DNA of 64,000 nt from an uncultured Solirubrobacteraceae bacterium (GTDB taxonomy: Bacteria > Actinomycetota > Thermoleophilia > Solirubrobacterales > Solirubrobacteraceae): NCBI GenBank assembly GCA_963721285.1, contig CAVRIN010000007.1, positions 244,873-308,872 on the forward strand, in the 5' to 3' direction. Below the pieces are notes generated by a model that was given only the letters and a program-made list of their open reading frames with translations, ran no database searches and had not been told where the DNA came from. The translations under genes and the position numbers were made by a program. This document shows positions 38,053 through 49,266 of this stretch, piece after piece (positions within the stretch are counted from its first letter, which is position 1; each line of letters starts with the position of its first letter).

Positions 38053-40276
38053 GTGCGGGAGCGTGCCGAGCCGCCGGTCGCACGGCGGCGCGCGTCGCTG
38101 GCGCTCGCGCCGCTGGTGCTCCTGTGCGCGTGTCTGTGGGCGAGCGCCGGCGAGGCCTCCGCCGCGCTCCCGCTGGCGGCCAGCCCTTTCACGGAAGTCG
38201 GCGGCCCGCTGCTCGCGGCAGACGAGGCGGGTGGCGGGCGCCTCGGGACGAGCGTCGCCGTCTCCGCCGACGGGCGCACCGCGTTGGTCGGGGCGCCGAG
38301 CGACGGCGGGCTGGTCGGGGCGGCATTCGTGTTCACCCGGACCGGCTCGGTATGGACCCAGCAGGGACCGAAGCTGACCGTGCCCGAGACCGAAGAAGAA
38401 GCCGAAGACCCGCTCTGCGTGCAGGAACCGGGCGAATGCGGGTTCGGGGCCGCCGTCGCGCTGTCCGCCGACGGCAACACGGCTCTGATCGGCGCCCCGC
38501 ACCAGAGCGGCAAAGCCGGGGCCGCCTGGGTCTTCACGCGTTCGGCCAGTACATGGACCGTCCGCGAACACCTCACCGCGGGCGCCGACGCGGAAGGCAG
38601 CGGGCGCTTCGGTCGCGCCGTCGCCCTGTCGGCGGACGGCGATGAGGCGCTTGTCGGCGCTCCGAAGGACCACGGCAACCGCGGCGCGGCCTGGGCGTTC
38701 AAGCGCACCAATGGCAGCCTCGCGGTCGAGGGACCGAAGCTGCTCGGGCCGCAGCAGCCCGGAGAAAGCTATTTCGGTCGCAGCGTGGCCCTGTCGGCGG
38801 ACGGCGTCACCGCGCTGATCGGCGCTCCCAACGACGACGGCCATGCGGGCTCGGCGTGGGCGTTCGAAGACGCCGGAGAAGGGTGGACCCAGCAGGGCGG
38901 AAAGCTTGCGGGCGCCGGAGAGAGCGGCCCGGCCCGCTTCGGCTTCAGCGTCGCGCTGTCCGGCGACGGGAGCACGGCCCTGGTCGGGGGGCGCCTTGAC
39001 GAAGGCGGAGCGGGGGCAGCCTGGGCGTTCGCGCGCGGGGAATCGGGATGGACTCAGCAGGGGCCGAAGCTCACCGCCGAAGATGGCGCCGGCGCCGGTA
39101 ACTTCGGCTACAGCACCGCGCTGTCGGCCAACGGCAACCTCGCGTTGATCGGCGGCCCGCACGACGGGGCGCCGCTCGGGGCGGCGTGGACGTTCGCCCG
39201 CGAAGGCAGTGCGTGGTCCCAGCAGGGTTCGAAGCTCGCACCCGAAGAACCCGGTGCCGGCAAGTCCTTCGGCTGGGCGGTCGCCCTCGCGGCGAACAAC
39301 GCCGCCGCGCTCGCCGGGGCGCCCCGCCACGAAGCCAACGCCGGCACGGCGTTGTCGTTCCTCGGCACGCCCCTGCCGGCGCCCGCGATCACGAAGATCA
39401 CGCCGAGCTCCGGACCGATCGAGGGCGGCACGCCGGTGACGATCGAAGGCAGCGGCTTCCTGGCGGGTGGGACGCTCCAGATCGGCGGGGAGGCGAGTTC
39501 GGTGAAGGTGCTCTCGGAAACGAAGATCACGGCGCTCACGCCCGCCCACGCGGCGGGAAGCCAGGAAGTGGTGGTGAGCGACCTCTACGGCAGCTCGAGC
39601 GGCTCGCCTGCCTTCACCTACGAACCGCCCGTCGAACCGCCCGCGCGAACAGCCCGACGAAGGCGACGCTCCGCACACCGCGCTCAATGCGCTCGTCGGC
39701 GTCCTGCCCAGCATCACCTCCGTGCTCGCACCGCCGAAATTCGGCGTGGCGGGGAACCTGCTCCCGGTCTCAGGGCTCGTGCGCATCAAAACGCCGGGCT
39801 CGCCGCAGTTCGTCGTGGTCGGCTCGAACATCCAGGTTCCGTTCGGGACGATCGTCGACGCGACGCTCGGCAAGGTGTCGATCACGACCGCCGACCCCAG
39901 CGGCGGGACGCAGATCGTGACGTTCTACTCGGGTGCGTTCAAGCTGACCCAGGGGAAGAAGGGCAGCGCCCTCGCGACGCTCCAGGGCGGGAGCTTCGCC
40001 TCGTGCCCGAAGGCGAAGCACCACCGACATGGCCGGAGGGCGAGCACGGCCCGCAGGAAACCGGCGCGCAAGCTCTGGGCGGAAGGCCACGGCAAATACT
40101 CCACCAAGGGCAACTACGCGACCGGCGCGGCGCTCGGCACGAGGTGGGTCACCGAAGACTTCTGCGAAGGCACGCTGATCCATGTGGTCCTGCACCGCGT
40201 GTTCGTCACCGATCTCGTCACGCACCGCCACCTGACCGTCAAGGCCGGACACAGCTACTTCGCCAAAGCGCCCTGA
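38053..40276 (+). CDS. Secreted FG-GAP repeat + IPT/TIG + C-terminal FecR-like beta domain; frameshift near 39650
   Basis: About seven FG.SVALS.DG..AL.GAP repeats; PAITKITPSSGPIEGGTPVTIEGSGF (IPT); continues in ORF 39722-40276 (GTIVDATLGKV...GTRWVTEDFCEGT). Confidence 0.75.
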
Positions 40277-40325
40277 GGAGCCACCGTCGCCACCGCGCGG
40301 CGCTCCGCGGCCTGCCGGGTGCGCG

Positions 40326-41024
40326 GTGCTCGACCCGGTGCGTCGCGTGGCTCCCGACGATGGTTACAAGATTCGCCGGCGCCGGGTTGCGAACGATCGC
40401 TCCCGGCGCCTGGCCGACCTGCTCGCCGTCGCACAGCCCGCCCGCCCGGAGGGCGAGGCCCGCGGCCGGACACGCGAAAGCGACGGCACGCTCTCGCTGC
40501 TCGACGAGTTCGTCGCCGGCGATCTGATCGCGCAGGTGCCCGCTGGGCGGATCCTCGCGAGCGTGCTCTTCACTGACATCGTCGAATCGACGGCACGGGC
40601 GGCGGCGCTCGGCGACGGCGTCTGGTCGCAGGTCCTCGACCGCCACGACGCGATCGCCCGCAGCGCGATCGAGAGCTACGGCGGGCACTTCGTCAAGGAG
40701 ACCGGGGACGGCGTGCTCGCCGTCTTCAACGCTCCCGCTCGCGGGATCGAATGCGCCAAACGGCTTCGCTCGGCGCTCTCACACGCCGGCATCGCGATCA
40801 GGGCCGGCATCCACACGGGCGAAATCGAACTGCGCGGCGAGGACGTCTCCGGTATCGGCGTGCACATCGCGGCGCGCGTCACGGCCCTGGCGGGGGCGGG
40901 CGAGCTGCTGGTATCGAGGACCGTCAAGGACCTCGTCGCAGGGTCCGAGTACGCGTTCGCCAGCCGCGGCACCCACCGCCTGCGCGGAATCCCGGAACGC
41001 TGGGAGCTGCTCAGCGTCCGTTGA
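40326..41024 (+). CDS. Class III adenylate/guanylate cyclase domain protein (LipJ/Rv1900c-type); start uncertain
   Basis: LFTDIVEST, VKETGDG, RAGIHTGE, DVSGIGVHIAARV, LLVSRTV, LRGIP. Confidence 0.82.
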   Translation: MLDPVRRVAPDDGYKIRRRRVANDRSRRLADLLAVAQPARPEGEARGRTRESDGTLSLLDEFVAGDLIAQVPAGRILASVLFTDIVESTARAAALGDGVWSQVLDRHDAIARSAIESYGGHFVKETGDGVLAVFNAPARGIECAKRLRSALSHAGIAIRAGIHTGEIELRGEDVSGIGVHIAARVTALAGAGELLVSRTVKDLVAGSEYAFASRGTHRLRGIPERWELLSVR

Positions 41025-41104
41025 TTTGGGTGGTGCCGCGCGCCGCGGTGTCAGGCGCGTGGGCGGCGCTGCAATCGGTCCGGCCGGGCTCTCTCGGCGA
41101 GGGG

Positions 41105-41824
41105 CTAGTCGACCTTGGCGCCCAGTGTCCGCGCGGTCGGCGAGCGCGGCACCGTCCGCTTGTCGGGGTTGGTCCCGAGCACACGGTCGCCGAGGTTCGA
41201 GCTGACGCCCATCCAGTAGTCCTCGTGCTTGAAGTGGTGGAGCCGGTGGTTGCGCCAGATCGTCCGGTACCAGCGCGTTCGCGGCACGTAGGGCGTGTGG
41301 ATCAGGAAGTGCGACCACTCGTATCGGAACAGCCCGAGGTAGGCGAACACCACGCCCGTGAGCGCGAGCGGGAGCACGTTCAGGCCCAGCGGCAGCGCCG
41401 CGGCGAGCGTCAGCAGCGCGATCACGATCGCGATCTGCACGATGAAGCTTGCGATCTCGACCGGCTTCAGCAGGATCCGGTCGAGATCGGAGGGCGACAG
41501 GTGGTGGTTGCGGTGCTGGATCGAGCCGTATAGCTCGACCTTGCGCCCGCGCAGCTCGAACGGCGGCAGGTGCAGCAGGTATTTGTGGATCACCCACTCG
41601 ACGAACGGCTGCGCCGCCAGCAGCACCAGCACGGGGACGAGGTCGCGCCACGACCATTGACCGACGTACACGCGGGCGGTGAGGGCGAGCGCCGTCGCGC
41701 CGATCACCGCGCGCGGGGAGACGTGCGTCAGGAACTCGCGCCAGCATGCTCCGAGCCGGTCGAGGTCGGCGCGCTTGGAGGTGAGCGAGCGGTCGTAGGC
41801 CGCCGGCATCCGCTCGGCGCTCAT
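41105..41824 (-). CDS. Fatty acid hydroxylase / sterol desaturase family
   Basis: His boxes EWVIHKYLLH, HRNHH, YEWSHFLIH, HRLHH. Confidence 0.88.
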   Translation of the reverse strand: MSAERMPAAYDRSLTSKRADLDRLGACWREFLTHVSPRAVIGATALALTARVYVGQWSWRDLVPVLVLLAAQPFVEWVIHKYLLHLPPFELRGRKVELYGSIQHRNHHLSPSDLDRILLKPVEIASFIVQIAIVIALLTLAAALPLGLNVLPLALTGVVFAYLGLFRYEWSHFLIHTPYVPRTRWYRTIWRNHRLHHFKHEDYWMGVSSNLGDRVLGTNPDKRTVPRSPTARTLGAKVD

Positions 41825-42552
41825 GTCCGCTCCCGGCCTCGCTTCGCGCCTGCGCGGGAGCGGCGCGGAGGGATCGTGATCAGCCCCGCGCGAGCCGCCT
41901 CGCCGGCCCGGCCCGCGTCGCCCGCGGCGATCGCTTCGGCGATCGGGACTCGGTGGCCGCTCTGCTTGAGCTCTCGTTCGAGCACCGGGAGGCTCAGCTC
42001 GCGCCGGGCATGGACCGCGCGAATCAGGCTGTTGAACGCGAGCTGGTAGGCGAGGTTGCCGGCGCCGTCGACGATCACCTGCCAGAAGCGCTGGTCGAGC
42101 TCGAGCAGCTCCTCGCCGCTCGACGCAGCGCCGAGACGGGCGGCGATCTCGAGCAGCTCCGCCCCGACCTTCGCGCCGCTGCGCTCGGCGCAGAGCCGCG
42201 CCAGGTCGGCGCCGATCCCGGCGCGCATCTCCAGGGCAGAGGTCAGCAGCGGCGTGAGGCCCGCGACGGGCTCGACGTGCTCGGCGACGATCGCCAGCAG
42301 GTCCAGCCCGGCCGTCCGCCGGTAGTCGAGCACCGTCGTGCGCCCGCCCTGGGCCACCCGGACGAGGCCGACCTGCTCGAGGCGCTTGATCGCCTCCCTG
42401 ACGACGTGGCGATTCACCTGCAGCGCCTCGCTCAGCTCACGCTCCGAGGGGATCGCGGCGCCCGCGGGATAGCCGCCGCCGACGATCTCCGCCGTCAGCT
42501 GCTCGAAGACCCTGTCGGGAAGGGATCGCCTGTCGAGCGCCTTCAAAGCCAT
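41821..42552 (-). CDS. GntR (FadR subfamily) transcriptional regulator
   Basis: IPSERELSEALQVNRHVVREAIKRLEQVGLV wHTH plus FCD-like C-terminal domain. Confidence 0.9.
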   Translation of the reverse strand: MALKALDRRSLPDRVFEQLTAEIVGGGYPAGAAIPSERELSEALQVNRHVVREAIKRLEQVGLVRVAQGGRTTVLDYRRTAGLDLLAIVAEHVEPVAGLTPLLTSALEMRAGIGADLARLCAERSGAKVGAELLEIAARLGAASSGEELLELDQRFWQVIVDGAGNLAYQLAFNSLIRAVHARRELSLPVLERELKQSGHRVPIAEAIAAGDAGRAGEAARAGLITIPPRRSRAGAKRGRERT

Positions 42553-42570
42553 CGCGCTCAGCAGCTTAGC

Positions 42571-42587
42571 AAGTGGTTGGACCAGTT
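42571..42587. promoter_or_regulatory. FadR-type operator palindrome
   Basis: AAGTGGTTGGACCAGTT (TGGT-N3-ACCA) 19 bp upstream of the regulator start. Confidence 0.6.
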
Positions 42588-42688
42588 GTCGGATGACTCG
42601 CACTTCGGCCTGAAAGCCCTGGTTTGACGCCGCGGCCAGGCGGGTAGGACCACCCCGCCGGAGGGGACAAACGGCTGTGGAGGACCAC

Positions 42689-45562
42689 ATGCATTCAGGG
42701 GGCGGGGCTTTCGGCATCGGGCGGCTTCTTGCGCGCGGCCCAGGGGAGATCGGAGCGCGCCGCGCCCGCACCGCGCGGCGTGCATGGACGCGAGCTGCCG
42801 TGGGCATCGCGTCCGCGATCGCAGCGCTGGCACTCGCCCTCCCCGCGGCGGCCGCCGCGGCGCCGTCGCCCGAACCGTACGGCTCGGGCGACGCCGGCGG
42901 CTTTCGCAACGTGCTGCCCTCCGGCGAGAACGGCACTCGACAACGCCGCGCAGCTGGCCGAATTCGAGCTGAACGGGACCTACGCCGCCCCACTTCGCCG
43001 ACCAGCTGCCGCTGTACGCGAACCTGCTCCACGGCTCGCCCACGCTGACCCACGAACAGATCGGCGAACTACTTCAAGGACGCGACCTTCGGCGTGAAGG
43101 AAGGCGACGTCGAATCGACGGACAGCCCGCGCTCGGACGTGACGATCGAGCGCGACAAAGGCTTCGGCGTGCCGCACGTCTACGGCAGCACCCGCGCCGG
43201 CGTGATGTTCGGCGCCGGCTACGCGGCCGCCGCAGGACCGCCTGTTCCTGATGGACGTGCTGCGGCACACGGGCCGCGCCGAACTCTCCTCCTTCGCGGG
43301 CGGCTCGGCCGGCGACCGCGCGATGGACCGCACGCAGTGGATGATCGCCCCCTACACCGAAGCCGACCTCGAATCGCAGATCGCCAACGCGCCCGAGCTG
43401 TACGGCGCGAAGGGCGAACAGGTCGTCGACGACGTCGACGAATTCGTCGCCGGCATCAACGCCTACATCCAGCGAAGCGCTGATCGACCCGACGAAGCTG
43501 CCGGCCGAGTACGCCGCGCTGGGAAAGCTGCCGACGCTGAATGGAAGCCGACCGACGTGATCGCCGAGGCGTCGCTGATCGGCGGCATCTTCGGCAAGGG
43601 CGGCGGCGCCGAGGTGCGCTCGGCGCTGACGGCTGGAGGCGTTCGAAGCACCGCTTCGGCCGCAAGGCCGGAAGGAAGGCGTGGGAAGACTTCCGCGAGC
43701 AGAACGACCCCGAGGCGCCGACGACCGTCTCCAAGCGCTTCGCCTACGAGACCGGCAACGCCATTCGCCAAAACCGGACTTGCGATGCCCGACCCGGGCA
43801 CGCGTCAGCTTCCTCTCCGACGGCTCCTCCGGAAACGCCGCGTCGAGCGGCGCCGCGAACACCGACACGCCCTCGCCGCAGCCGATCCCGGACGACGGCT
43901 CGATCGGCTCGCAGCTGCTGACGCGCCGCGCTGCAGGGCCCGGCGCTGTCCTCGAACTGGGAGCTCGTCAACAAGTCACTGTCGACGCGACGGCCACTCG
44001 ATCGCCGTGATGGGGCCGCAGGTCGGCTACTACAACCCGCAGATCCTGATGGAGGAGGACCTGCACGGGCCGGGCATCGACGCCCGCGGCGCCGCCTTCC
44101 CCGGCGTCAACCTGTACGTCGAGCTCGGCCACGGCCGCGACTACGCGTGGAGCGCGACGACGGCGACCGCCGACAACGTCGACACGTTCGCCGAGGTCCT
44201 CTGCCAGGACGAATTGCACTACCTCTACAAGGGCCAGTGCGTGCCGATGGAAAAGCTCGAACGGACGAACAGCTGGACGCCGACGGCGCTCGAACCCGAA
44301 ACGCCTCCCGGCTCGGAAACGCTGACCGTCTACCGCACCGTGCACGGGATCGTCTACGCGCGCGGCACGGTCGCGCGGCAAAGACGGTCGCGTTCGCCAG
44401 CGCCCGCACGACCTACTTCCACGAGGCCGACTCGGCGGTCGGCTTCTCCGAGCTCAACGAACCCGGCTTCGTGACGGGCCCGAAGCAGTTCCAGCAGGCG
44501 GCCTCGAACATCAACTTCCTGTTCAACTGGGCCTACGTCGACGCCGACCACATCGCCTACTACATGTCCGGGGCGCTGCCCGCAGCGCGCCAACGAAAAC
44601 CTCGCCGGACTTCCCGATCCTCGGCACCGGCGAATACGACTGGCAGGGCTTCGACCCGCAGCTGCACACGATGACGACGGCTCCCGTTCAAGAAGCACCC
44701 GCAGCGCGATCGACCCGCCGTTCCTCGTCTCGTGGAACAACAAGCAGGCGCCGGGCTTCGCCGCGGCCGACGACAAGTACGCCTTCGGGCCGATCTACCG
44801 CATGCAGCTGATCCGCAACTTCATCGAAGCGGACATCGCCGGCGGCAACAAGATGGGCGTCGAACAGCTCATCAGCGCGATGGACGAGGCCGCCACGCAG
44901 GACATCCGCATGGTCGAGCTGTGGCCGATCCTGCAAGCAAGGCGCTCGGCAGCCCGAGCGACCCGCAGCTGCAGGAAGCGATCGCGAAGCTCGAATCGTG
45001 GTACGCGGCCGGCGGCCACCGCCGCGACCTCACCAACACGAGCATCGACGAACCCGGCAGCTACGAACACAACGACGCGATCACGATCATGGACGCCTGG
45101 TGGCCGAAACTGCTCGAAGCCGAGTTCAAGCCGGCGCTCGGGGACGAAGCGTTCGCCGCGCTGCGCGGCATGCTCGAATTCGGCGCGCCCGAACCGGGCG
45201 CGGAACCCGCGGCCCCCGACTTCGCCGACGGCTGGTACGGCTACGCCAGCAAGGACCTGCGCGACGTGCTCGCCGGCGGCGGGGAAGAAACGGCCCCCAG
45301 CGCGCCCTATTCGCGGCTCTACTGCGGGGGCGGCTCGCTCAGCGCGTGCCGCAGCGCGCTGCAGGGCTCCCTGCTCCAGGCGCTGTCGGTGACGCCCGCC
45401 GAGATCTACGGCCACGGCGCTTGCGCCGAAGACCCGCAGGCGAGCTGCTTCGACATGAACCGGTTCGTGAGCGCGAGCGGCATCTCGCTGGCGCCGTTCC
45501 CGTTCCAGAACCGGCCGACCTTCCAGCAGGTCGTCGAGTTGACCCGCACGCTGCCCCGCTGA
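42689..45562 (+). pseudogene. Secreted penicillin acylase family (Ntn-hydrolase) gene with many frameshifts
   Basis: Pieces in different frames: signal peptide, RNVLPSGENG, FGVPHVYG, DRLFLMD, SSNWELV (catalytic Ser), GPQVGY, GAAFPG, SWNNKQAPG, QNRPTFQQ. Confidence 0.82.
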
Positions 45563-45712
45563 GCCCCCGCGCCAACCTTTGCGGCCCAACGACGTTGTGT
45601 ATCACGGAGCTTCTGCGGCCGCGCACGTCCCGGATGACAAGCGGCCCGATGGCTCCTACAATCACTCGGCTTGGACGAGAGAGACATCGATGAGGGACGA
45701 GGTGAACGCAGG

Positions 45713-46976
45713 ATGGCACGACGCCTGACTTTGGTTGCGCTGCTGGCCGCCGCCGCGCTGGCGCTCGCCGCAGCGGCCGCCCAGGCCGTGATCGTCACGC
45801 CGGGCAAAGGCCGGGTCAGCCTGGAACTGCTCCACCCCGGGGGCGCCCCCGGCGCCGCGCAGCCGAACGCGCGCTCGAACGCCAAACCGCTGGCCAAAAA
45901 AAACCTCGAAAACCACGGCGGCCCCGTGATGTCCTCGAACACCAACTACACGATCTACTGGGACCCCGCCGGCGGCGCCTCGTTCCCGGCCGGCTACCAG
46001 GCCGGCATCGACAAGTACTTCGAAGACGTCGCCCATGACAGCGGCGGGCTGCTCAACAGCGACTCGATCCTGACGCAGTACGGCGCCAACTACGACTCGC
46101 ACTTCGGCGGCTCCTTCGTCGACACCAACGCCTACCCGGCCAACGGCTGCTCCTCAGCGCCGAAATGCCTGACCAGAGGGCAGCTCGAAGCCGAGCTGAA
46201 AAGCTTCGTGCAGTCCCATTCGCTGCCGACGGACCTCAAACACGCCTACTTCCTGCTGACGCCCAAAGGCGTCGAAAGCTGCACCGAACCGGTCGGCCAC
46301 GAATGCTCCGCCGGCGCCTCGCACAGGGTCTACTGCGCCTTCCACTCCGACATCCCGCTCGGAGCAGGCGCCTTCCTGGTCTACGCCAGCAACCCCTACG
46401 TGAGCGGCCTCGAATGCGGCGACGAAGCCAACAAACCGAACGGCAACCCCGCGGACGAAACGATCTCCGGCGGGCTCGCCCACGAGCATTCCGAGATCGT
46501 CACCGACCCGCTGCTGAACGCCTGGTACGACTCCAAGAAAGAAGAGGTCGCCGACAAGTGCCGCACGTTCAAGGAAGCGACCGAATTCGGGACGCCGCTC
46601 GGTAAAGCTGCGAACGGCTCGAACTACAACGAGCTGATCAACGGCACCAAGTACTGGTATCAGATGGTGTGGAGCAACGAAACGGGCGCCTGCCAGCAGC
46701 GTCAGCTCGAACCGCCGTCGATCACGAAGATGAAACCGAAAAGCCGGCTCGCCGACCGGAGGCACCAGCGTGACGATCACGGGCGCCTACTTCACGGCCT
46801 CAGCGACGGTCACGTTCGGCGAAGTGCCGGCCGCGTCGGTCGAATTCGTGAACGCGAAGACGCTCGTCGCCGTCTCGCCTCCGGGCAGCCCGGGGCTCGT
46901 CGACGTCAGGGTGACGACCGCGGGCGGAACGAGCACGATCGTCAAGAAGGACCACTTCAAGTACAAGTCCAAATAG
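45713..46976 (+). CDS. Secreted protein (Phi-1/EXORDIUM-like domain) + IPT/TIG; frameshift near 46750
   Basis: Signal peptide; NHGGPVM, YCAFHS, HEHSEIVTDP, EVADKC; then GGTSVTITGAYF...VDVRVTT IPT domain. Confidence 0.7.
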
Positions 46977-47078
46977 CGCCCGGGACCGCCCGGGTCCGCG
47001 TCGCGGCTCAGGGCAGTGCGGGGGAGAGGCCGCGGCTCGGCCGCGGGCGCGCGGCGGGCGATCAAGCAGAGGTTCGCG

Positions 47079-47141
47079 ATGGCCGCCGGGATCGTCGATC
47101 ACATTTGGACGGCACGCGAGATCGCTGCTCTTGCCGAGTAG
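47079..47141 (+). mobile_element. Remnant of the C-terminus of an IS1-like transposase
   Basis: Translates MAAGIVDHIWTAREIAALAE*, resembling the terminal PAMAAGLTDHVWS..E motif. Confidence 0.45.
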
Positions 47142-47144
47142 GGC

Positions 47145-47324
47145 CTAGACGCGGTCCGCGATCTCACGCAGCAGTTCCGCCGCCTTCTCGTCGGGCAGAC
47201 CGGGCGGGTCGAAGCTGAGGTCCCAGGCGAATGCGGACGCTGCGCCGCTCGTCGCCACGAACGGCTCCGGCAGCAGTCTCCACTCGATGGTGATCCGACC
47301 TTCCTTCAGGGGCGGGTCGCTCAT
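47145..47324 (-). CDS. Small hypothetical protein (59 aa)
   Basis: MSDPPLKEGRITIEWRLLPEPF...AWDLSFDPPGLPDEKAAELLREIADRV*; normal codon pattern. Confidence 0.45.
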   Translation of the reverse strand: MSDPPLKEGRITIEWRLLPEPFVATSGAASAFAWDLSFDPPGLPDEKAAELLREIADRV

Positions 47325-47436
47325 GGCCGCCAGGGTGTCCCGTGAGACTCCAACTGGGACACCGCCCGCGCCTCAGGGGGCAGGGGGCGCTTCTTCCTGA
47401 GGTATTCAGGTCTCGGTTCGGCGGGGGCGACGCGCC

Positions 47437-49086
47437 TCAGGGGGCAGGCGGCGCGGCTTCCCGTTCTTCGCGTTCGCGTTCTTCGCGTTCATGCTGGTGG
47501 CGTTCTTCGATCTTGCGCATGTGACGTTCGTGTCGTTCGGCGATTTCCTCGGGCGTTTTCGGCGCGCGCGAGTGGCCCGAGGGGCCTTCTTCTTCGCGTT
47601 CAAGTTTCCGGAGTTTCTTTTTTTCCGCGCGTTCCTGTTCGGTCGGCGGCGAGCCGCCCCTCTGTTTCGGTTCTTCGCGGCGCACGCGGCGCGCTTCGGC
47701 CGTGCGCTGCTTGATTTCACGTTTCAGCTGCTGCTGTTCGAAATTGCCGCCGTGTCCGCCGGCGCCGCCGCCGGACGACCCGCCCCCGTGGGTCTTCGTC
47801 GCGGTGCCTCCCGAGGAGCCGTCGTCATGCCCCGGCTTGCCCGACACCTGGGAGTCGGCGGTTTTCGGGCCGCCGCCGGAGGCACCCCCGCCGCCGTTTT
47901 CAAGCACGGGCAGGCCCCCGTCGGTCGTCCCGTGCCGTCGTGAGGGCGAGCCGCCCTGGGCTTCCCCGCCGCTATCGAAGGCCGGCAGCGTCGGGTTCCA
48001 GCCGGCGGATCCGCCGGGTCCGGTCACGGACGCGACGAGCGCGCCGGTGCTCTGGGTGGACGTCGTCCGGGCAGGCGATTCCGATGGTGCCTCGAGCGCC
48101 GAGACGCCGACGCTGGCTCCGGCTCCGAGGCACACCATCCCCGCAGCGATCTTGCAGACGAGCACCTTGATGCCGCCTCCGGCGATGTCGGCGGCCGTTC
48201 CGGCGACCGAGGCGCCGACGGCCGCGCCCCCGGCGACGGTGGCGGACTCGGCGGCACCGAAGTTGAGCGCTTCCTCGAGCGCGCGGTACTTGAGCGCAAG
48301 CGGCGGCACGATCGGCAGCAGCGCGCCGAGCTGGCGGCGCTGGCGAGCGACACCGTCGGCGTAGAGCTTGCAGTCGGGGCAGGAGCGCACGTGGCGGCGC
48401 AGCCGGCCGCGCAGGAGCGCCGCTCCGCGCGCGCTGGCCAGCTCTTCGCGGATCTCATCGCAGTCGGCGTCGCGTGCGCGCCGGTCGGAGATCAGCTTCG
48501 AGCGGGCCTGGTAGACGTAGGCCTTGACCTGGTCGGAGCGCACGCCGAGCACGCGGCCGACCTCCTGTTGGCTGAGCCCGTGCACCTCCGCGAGAACCAG
48601 CGCGGCGCGCTGGTTCTCGGGCAGCTCGCGCAGGCCCTCGAAGACCTTGCGGACCTCCTCGCGCACCTCCAGTTCGGTGACCGGGTCGGGCCCCGGCGCG
48701 ACCTCGCCGTTCAGCTCGACGACGGGGCGACGGCGGCGCAGGATCGACAGGCAGTCGTTGCGGGCGATCGTGAACAACCACGGCCGCAGCGTGACCGGCC
48801 GGCTGTCGGCCCGCAGCGCGCGGTATGCCGAGGCGAACGTCGCCTGCACGGCGTCCTCCGCATCGTGTCGCGAGCCGAGCATGTAGACGCAGAAGCCCAG
48901 CAGCTCGCGGACGTGACGGTCATAGAGCGCTTCGAACGCCGCGGTGTCCCCGCGCCGCACGCACGCGACCAGCCACTCGTCCGAGGCGAGCGCCAATCGC
49001 ACCTTCGAACCCGCCCTTAAAACTGGACCGCCGTTGTACAACGATCGTCTCCCTCGCTCGTCCGAAGCGGACTCGCCACGTAACAA
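47437..49086 (-). CDS. ECF sigma factor with fused ZAS zinc finger, TM and low-complexity tail (start probably near 49002)
   Basis: SDEWLV, AFEALYDRH, DAEDAVQATF, WLFTIARN, LPENQRAAL; HVRSCPDC (HxxxCxxC). Confidence 0.85.
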   Translation of the reverse strand: MLRGESASDERGRRSLYNGGPVLRAGSKVRLALASDEWLVACVRRGDTAAFEALYDRHVRELLGFCVYMLGSRHDAEDAVQATFASAYRALRADSRPVTLRPWLFTIARNDCLSILRRRRPVVELNGEVAPGPDPVTELEVREEVRKVFEGLRELPENQRAALVLAEVHGLSQQEVGRVLGVRSDQVKAYVYQARSKLISDRRARDADCDEIREELASARGAALLRGRLRRHVRSCPDCKLYADGVARQRRQLGALLPIVPPLALKYRALEEALNFGAAESATVAGGAAVGASVAGTAADIAGGGIKVLVCKIAAGMVCLGAGASVGVSALEAPSESPARTTSTQSTGALVASVTGPGGSAGWNPTLPAFDSGGEAQGGSPSRRHGTTDGGLPVLENGGGGASGGGPKTADSQVSGKPGHDDGSSGGTATKTHGGGSSGGGAGGHGGNFEQQQLKREIKQRTAEARRVRREEPKQRGGSPPTEQERAEKKKLRKLEREEEGPSGHSRAPKTPEEIAERHERHMRKIEERHQHEREEREREEREAAPPAP

Positions 49087-49266
49087 AAGCTACTCATCTA
49101 TACCCGCTGACGCAATGGTACGTTCGCGGGACCTCGGGTCCACCTCCTCCAGGGCGCAACAACCCGCGATTGCAACGCGCGAGCACCCCGAAGGTTGGCG
49201 GGGAAGCACAAAATTTTCTTTCGCTCATGGACGCCTCGTCGGTCTAGTACCCGGACGGGCGGGCGC

